45,600 nucleotides of DNA from a virus. Lineage: Duplodnaviria > Caudoviricetes. Made by a program: the position numbers and the translations under genes. Position 1 is the first letter of the stretch. The number at the start of each line of letters is the position of its first letter. Below, piece after piece: positions 41,774 to 45,600 of the stretch. The notes below the pieces were generated by a model that was not told where the DNA came from, ran no database searches, and worked only from the letters and a program-made list of their open reading frames with translations. The DNA lies in the IMG/VR virus record IMGVR_UViG_3300033407_000031, positions 1 through 45,600 of that record. One strand, written 5' to 3'.

Positions 41774-42670
41774 TTACCGCTCTGAGAGCACGATTGGCTC
41801 CTTTGGGTACTCTCGGAACATTCCCGCCAGGTCCGTCCACTTCGGCACGTGGTGACAGAGGTTAAGAAAGTCACAGGAGTACCCCGGCTGCCCGAACATC
41901 GGGATCGTCGAGCACCCCGTGAAGTGCATAGGGAAGTCCTGGCGAGCTTCGTCCGCGAGGAGCCGAGCTCCGGTCTCCCGAATCCACTGAAGCAGTGCCT
42001 CGCTCTGGTACTCCCGCACATCCACCGGATTGCACAGGGTCTCTGTGGTCTTCGGACTGACTCGAATCGCGACGTGCCAGACTCGATGCACTGGCTGCCC
42101 CGTCCCAATCGAGTACGCAAGGGCGTAGGTTAAAAACTGGGGCGACCCGGTGAAGCCCTCAAGGTACCTCGTGGAGATCTCTCGGGAGGTCTTGAAGTCG
42201 ACCAGGCAGACCTGACCGCTCGTAAGCTCGCGGATCCGACCGTCGATTCGAACGAGGAGCGGAACCGGAAGCCCAACGTCGACCGCGAAGGAGATCTCCC
42301 ACGGCGAGGTTCGGTCGTCGAGAGGGAGTGTGTTGGCCGGAGGATCGAGAATCTCGAACACCCCTCGAGTCGACTGGTGGATGCTCTTGAGCATCCAAGG
42401 GACTCGCTCTCGGGCCCGTCCCTTATCATCATTGAGCTCGACGCTCCACGCTGAGTCGAACGCTTCGAGTGCCTCGTCGAGCCGACCCTGACACGCAAGG
42501 GGCGCCGCCTTGTGAATCGCTGTGCCGAACGAGAAGTAATTCGGTTCCTCCCGAGGGCCGAGACGAACCCCGCTCTTCAGGAAGTAAAGTCTCGGACACC
42601 TTGCGTAGTTAAGGAGCGAGGTCGGCGAGAGATACGTTCGCTTTTCGTACCGATCGAATCCTGGCGTCAT
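41774..42670 (-). CDS. PD-(D/E)XK (RecB/Cas4-like) exonuclease
   Basis: LSPTSL...CPRLY, FGTAIH, RIDG, LVDFKT, QFLTY, and C-terminal Cys residues. ATG 42670 after GGAG. Confidence 0.85.
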   Translation of the reverse strand: MTPGFDRYEKRTYLSPTSLLNYARCPRLYFLKSGVRLGPREEPNYFSFGTAIHKAAPLACQGRLDEALEAFDSAWSVELNDDKGRARERVPWMLKSIHQSTRGVFEILDPPANTLPLDDRTSPWEISFAVDVGLPVPLLVRIDGRIRELTSGQVCLVDFKTSREISTRYLEGFTGSPQFLTYALAYSIGTGQPVHRVWHVAIRVSPKTTETLCNPVDVREYQSEALLQWIRETGARLLADEARQDFPMHFTGCSTIPMFGQPGYSCDFLNLCHHVPKWTDLAGMFREYPKEPIVLSER

Positions 42671-43059
42671 GTCTGCTCTCCGGCGATGAGACCAAGGACG
42701 GAGTCTGGACAGTCCCACTCATACTTCGGTACGACTCGCTCAGGCGAGGCTGGAACAATTCGCTCTCCGACCTGACGTCTGGTGCAGATAAGACTCCTAG
42801 GGCAAACAAGGTGGATGTTCATCTTCCATCCGTCAGGAGGAGTCGCCTGGACAATGAACTCCGATCCGTCGAGTTCTGACCTCCTCGTCTTCGGGAACAT
42901 TCTAATGGCGTGTTGAAGGTCTTTGAGGGTGGGGCAGTTGATCCATTGAGGATAATGTAAGACGAAGGTGGATGGAAGTGGAAGGTCGGGATGAGCCTCT
43001 AGGAAGTCCGTGAGCTTCCTCATTGACTCCAACCGTTCAGCTCGTTCTTTCTGGTCCAT
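42667..43059 (-). CDS. hypothetical protein (130 aa)
   Basis: AAGGAG RBS, ATGA coupling. Confidence 0.7.
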   Translation of the reverse strand: MDQKERAERLESMRKLTDFLEAHPDLPLPSTFVLHYPQWINCPTLKDLQHAIRMFPKTRRSELDGSEFIVQATPPDGWKMNIHLVCPRSLICTRRQVGERIVPASPERVVPKYEWDCPDSVLGLIAGEQT

Positions 43060-43060
43060 C

Positions 43061-43261
43061 TCACTGCTCCTTCTCTGTTTCGTCTGTGATTCGGCCGAGC
43101 ACCTGGTCCATAAAGTGCGTGGTGTTGAAACGACGGTTCTCGGTCAGGAACGCGACCGCCAGGTTCTCCGAGATCACCTGAACCGACCGCCTCGTGACCG
43201 CTCGACACCCCGTCGAGAACCGAAGCACCCGTGCAATCATCCTAGTTTCTTCGCCAGTCAT
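43061..43261 (-). CDS. small phage protein (ENRRFNTTHF motif)
   Basis: Resembles a recurrent phage family with an xNPRFDxxRF motif. Coupled to neighbours. Confidence 0.6.
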   Translation of the reverse strand: MTGEETRMIARVLRFSTGCRAVTRRSVQVISENLAVAFLTENRRFNTTHFMDQVLGRITDETEKEQ

Positions 43262-43680
43262 AGGGGGAAGTCCTTGAGCAGATCCCTAAGTTTCTTGAAA
43301 ACCGAGAGCGGACGGTCCGCTCCGTTGGAGAGCCAGGAGAGAACTTGCCCTTGCTCGAAGGGGGAGAGACTCGAGAGAGCCTCCCGAACGGCGAGAAGGT
43401 CCTCGGGTGGGAGCTCGGTCGGAGTGCCCCCTCGGGGAAGCCACCGGCGCTCCCGACGAGCGACGGTCTCGAGAACTGCCCGTCGGAGGTCACGGTACGA
43501 CGGGGAGACTCCCGTCCTCCACTGGCGCATCGTCGCCTCGGCTGCAATGTTCTCGAGGTCGAGGTCACGCCTGGTGGTTATCCCGTGGAGTCGACGCAGG
43601 ATTTTCTCGTACTCGTTCGTGGGTGGAGGACCTCCAAGCGACGAGAAGCCAGAGAATGCCAGCGAGAACAGCGGTTCCAA
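43258..43680 (-). CDS. hypothetical protein, start uncertain
   Basis: Protein-like helical C-terminal half, coupled to 43061..43261. The 5' part overlaps 43565..43759. Confidence 0.45.
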   Translation of the reverse strand: MEPLFSLAFSGFSSLGGPPPTNEYEKILRRLHGITTRRDLDLENIAAEATMRQWRTGVSPSYRDLRRAVLETVARRERRWLPRGGTPTELPPEDLLAVREALSSLSPFEQGQVLSWLSNGADRPLSVFKKLRDLLKDFPL

Positions 43681-43759
43681 GGCAGGTAAGTCCCATGATC
43701 TTGAACCAACTGCTTATACCGTCCATCGATAATAACTCGTGTGTCCCGTGGTACATCAT
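43565..43759 (-). CDS. small membrane protein
   Basis: TM segment LTCLGTAVLAGILWLLVAW. ATGA coupling. Confidence 0.5.
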   Translation of the reverse strand: MMYHGTHELLSMDGISSWFKIMGLTCLGTAVLAGILWLLVAWRSSTHERVRENPASTPRDNHQA

Positions 43760-44034
43760 TCCGTATACCCCTGGAGCTTCAGGAGGGTGGTGAACTGCTC
43801 CGGGCTCAGGCTCGCCCGAATGGCCTCAAGGGCGGTCGGGAGCCTCTTGCGTCGAAGCTTCTTCAAAGCTGGGTCTCGAGGAGCCCTGGGAGCCCTGGGA
43901 GCCCTTGCCCTGTACGACCGACCGAGTGTCCTCGTCGCTCGGAGCTCGCAGAGCTCCGCTGGCGAACGGTCCGGCCAGAGGACCGAGCTCGGAATCACCG
44001 TGTGCATGATCCGGTCCAACGTCACTCCCGTCAC
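43756..44034 (-). CDS. small basic protein
   Basis: GTG 44034 after AAGGAG. Contains a RAPRAPRAP repeat. Confidence 0.55.
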   Translation of the reverse strand: MTGVTLDRIMHTVIPSSVLWPDRSPAELCELRATRTLGRSYRARAPRAPRAPRDPALKKLRRKRLPTALEAIRASLSPEQFTTLLKLQGYTE

Positions 44035-44237
44035 GCTAGGCTCCTTCGTTTCTCCCACTCGTGGACGAGCGCGAGGAGCGTAATCTCCTCGCTTCGTGAG
44101 AGCTCGATTTGGTCGCTCGTCCCGTCGTTCCGTGTGATCTCGACCAGCTCAACTCGTCCATTAACGAGCTCGGCCGCTGCGGTCTCGAGGCCGGAGTGCC
44201 CCGGACGAACGTCGTTGAGAAGAAAGTCAAATCGCAT
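44031..44237 (-). CDS. hypothetical protein
   Basis: ATG 44237 after GGAG. Confidence 0.6.
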   Translation of the reverse strand: MRFDFLLNDVRPGHSGLETAAAELVNGRVELVEITRNDGTSDQIELSRSEEITLLALVHEWEKRRSLA

Positions 44238-44571
44238 CGGGTCGCTCCGGGATTGAGAGGTCAAAGTCGAGCTCGAGATTCGAGATCTCCTCGAGCTCTA
44301 ACTCGCTGGCGGGGATGAGAGGTCTCTTCAACGTCTTCAAGAAAGCATCGACTATCTCCGGATCCCCCTCTACCTGGACTCCAGCCGGCCCGAGAATAAC
44401 CTCTCCCGATCTCTCGATGTAAAGAAAGAGCCAAGCCTGAGAGTGTCCTTGAAGGTTCTGTTGCATGGAGGTTGGGAGAACCTTCCCCTGTACGGTCCAC
44501 CCTTGCTCTGTTTCCTCTAGCTCCAGCTCGACCGTGTCCTCGTGATCCTCGAACGTGTAACTCGTTTGCAT
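44227..44571 (-). CDS. acidic hypothetical protein
   Basis: ATG 44571 after AGGAG. Very Glu/Asp-rich. Confidence 0.7.
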   Translation of the reverse strand: MQTSYTFEDHEDTVELELEETEQGWTVQGKVLPTSMQQNLQGHSQAWLFLYIERSGEVILGPAGVQVEGDPEIVDAFLKTLKRPLIPASELELEEISNLELDFDLSIPERPDAI

Positions 44572-44688
44572 CGTCGTCGCTCCTAAACCCGGAGAAGCCC
44601 TTCTGAGCTCCTCCGAGCGGCTGGAAGGAAGAAAGCTCGGGGGAAGGCATCCCTCCCTCCCTCGAGTGGAGCCCGCTGCCGAGGCTCC

Positions 44689-44721
44689 AAAAACCCGAGG
44701 AGCCCTTTCGGGCCCCTCAGG
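44689..44721 (-). terminator. intrinsic terminator
   Basis: - strand CCTGAGGGGCCC-GAAA-GGGCTCCTCGGG-TTTTT, just after the stop of 44736..45104. Confidence 0.85.
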
Positions 44722-44735
44722 TGGAGGGGAAACGT

Positions 44736-45104
44736 CTAGTCCTCGTCGGCCTCCTCGTCGTCTTCCTTGACTCCGAGAGCGTCCTTCGCCTGCTGCCAAT
44801 ACCGTTCCTTGATCTTCTGGATCGACAGGCCACTGCCGTCCGAAAGGGCTGCCGTAAGCCCGTTCAGGTCCAGCTGACTTGCGATCTGGAGCGCCTTGTT
44901 CCCGATCATCTCCTTCGTCGGCCTCGTCGTCGCTGCCGAGCGGATTCGGTTCATCTCGTTCGTGAGCGCTTGGGCGTTGACGAGCTTAAGAAGCTCGGCC
45001 TCTCCGTGGATCTGAATGGCTTCCTCGATGGACTCCGCCAGGTCAACCTTGGCGGTCCCGACCGTCTTCCGCTTCGCCGTCACCTCTTTTTCAATCGACT
45101 TCAT
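44736..45104 (-). CDS. hypothetical early protein with acidic tail (122 aa)
   Basis: AGGA RBS, strongly biased codons, own terminator. Confidence 0.8.
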   Translation of the reverse strand: MKSIEKEVTAKRKTVGTAKVDLAESIEEAIQIHGEAELLKLVNAQALTNEMNRIRSAATTRPTKEMIGNKALQIASQLDLNGLTAALSDGSGLSIQKIKERYWQQAKDALGVKEDDEEADED

Positions 45105-45159
45105 CTGCGAGATCCTATGATGGTGGAATGGATGAGGGAAAGAACGCTAGTCCTTCTGC

Positions 45160-45390
45160 TCAAGGGGGCTCCCCGCTCTCCTCTTGGATCCTCTCCGCCT
45201 CCGCTACGTACTGGAGAAGGTCCTCCAGCGGGATCGTAAGTGGCACGGGCATAAGGTGGCCGTCGATCTCTCTAGCGACCGTTACTAGTGGCCTCCCGTC
45301 GGAGAACCGAATCCGAACAAGATCGGAGCCGATCGAGTGCCGGGTCCGAAAGGTAACCTCGTACGGGTTGATGGTGACTTCTGGATGCAT
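45160..45390 (-). CDS. hypothetical protein, first gene after the sigma54 promoter
   Basis: ATG about 30 nt downstream of the -12 box. Confidence 0.6.
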   Translation of the reverse strand: MHPEVTINPYEVTFRTRHSIGSDLVRIRFSDGRPLVTVAREIDGHLMPVPLTIPLEDLLQYVAEAERIQEESGEPP

Positions 45391-45420
45391 TCGAGAGCTC
45401 GGTTGGGGCTAGGGTATAGG

Positions 45421-45436
45421 TGCAAAGGGCGTGCCA
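45421..45436 (-). promoter_or_regulatory. sigma54 -24/-12 promoter motif heading the early/replication block
   Basis: Reverse complement TGGCACGCCCTTTGCA is a perfect match to TGGCACG-N4-TTGCW. Confidence 0.8.
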
Positions 45437-45446
45437 AGGGGCAGTT

Positions 45447-45479
45447 TACGTAAGTTGGGGCCTAGCCTATACTTACGTA
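45447..45479. promoter_or_regulatory. TACGTAAGT-N15-ACTTACGTA palindrome, copy 3
   Basis: Perfect 9-bp arms with a 15-nt spacer, just upstream of the sigma54 box. Confidence 0.75.
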
Positions 45480-45600
45480 CGCGGGCCGCCCGCCCGAACC
45501 TGCCAACTTGGCACCTTTCCCTCACCTCCCTGCCAAAAGGATCGTAGCCCGTCAGTTTTTCGAGACGTCCTGGTCAAGTCTTTCCAGATCCTCGAAGATC

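Larger units (their letters stand above)
1..45600. mobile_element. Tailed dsDNA phage genome, podovirus-like, probably near-complete and circularly permuted
   Basis: Terminase, portal, capsid, short-tail and ejection genes form one + operon. PolA and recombination genes are on the - strand. No tape measure, sheath, integrase or host housekeeping genes were recognised. Minus-strand gene runs at both window ends fit a circular join. Confidence 0.93.

Noticed and set aside
1-45600. tRNA genes, integrase/att sites and stop-codon reassignment
   Set aside because: No cloverleaf or recombinase motifs were seen by eye. Genes are intact in the standard code and use all three stops.

Overview
The window looks like a near-complete, high-GC, podovirus-like tailed phage genome, probably circularly permuted. 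It has three blocks. (1) A leftward array of small genes (163-5854) includes five tandem paralogs of an unknown family. (2) A rightward virion operon (6297-30522) encodes TerS, TerL, membrane/lipoproteins, a nested multi-LamG protein, portal, scaffold, capsid, a GT2 glycosyltransferase, short-tail and ejection proteins, and a degenerate PurD-like ATP-grasp protein. (3) A leftward early/replication block (30519-45390) encodes a DUF3987-like ATPase, UDG-fused PolA with His at the 762 position, a ParB-methyltransferase fusion, a second GT2, a possible Acb2/Tad1-like protein, a small-gene cassette array, and an SSB/Sak4/PD-(D/E)XK module. I recognised no integrase, primase or endolysin. The most striking signal is non-coding: a 345-bp mirror-symmetric element (4612-4956). 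Each of its 106-bp arms carries, at identical spacing, a sigma54 -24/-12 box pointing inward, a GACTAG box, an RTAAGT-N15-ACTTAC palindrome and heptamer repeats. A third sigma54 box with the same palindrome heads the early operon at 45421-45479. A 16-bp junction motif repeats six times between the small genes at 37983-39552. All product calls come from reading motifs by eye; no database search was run.
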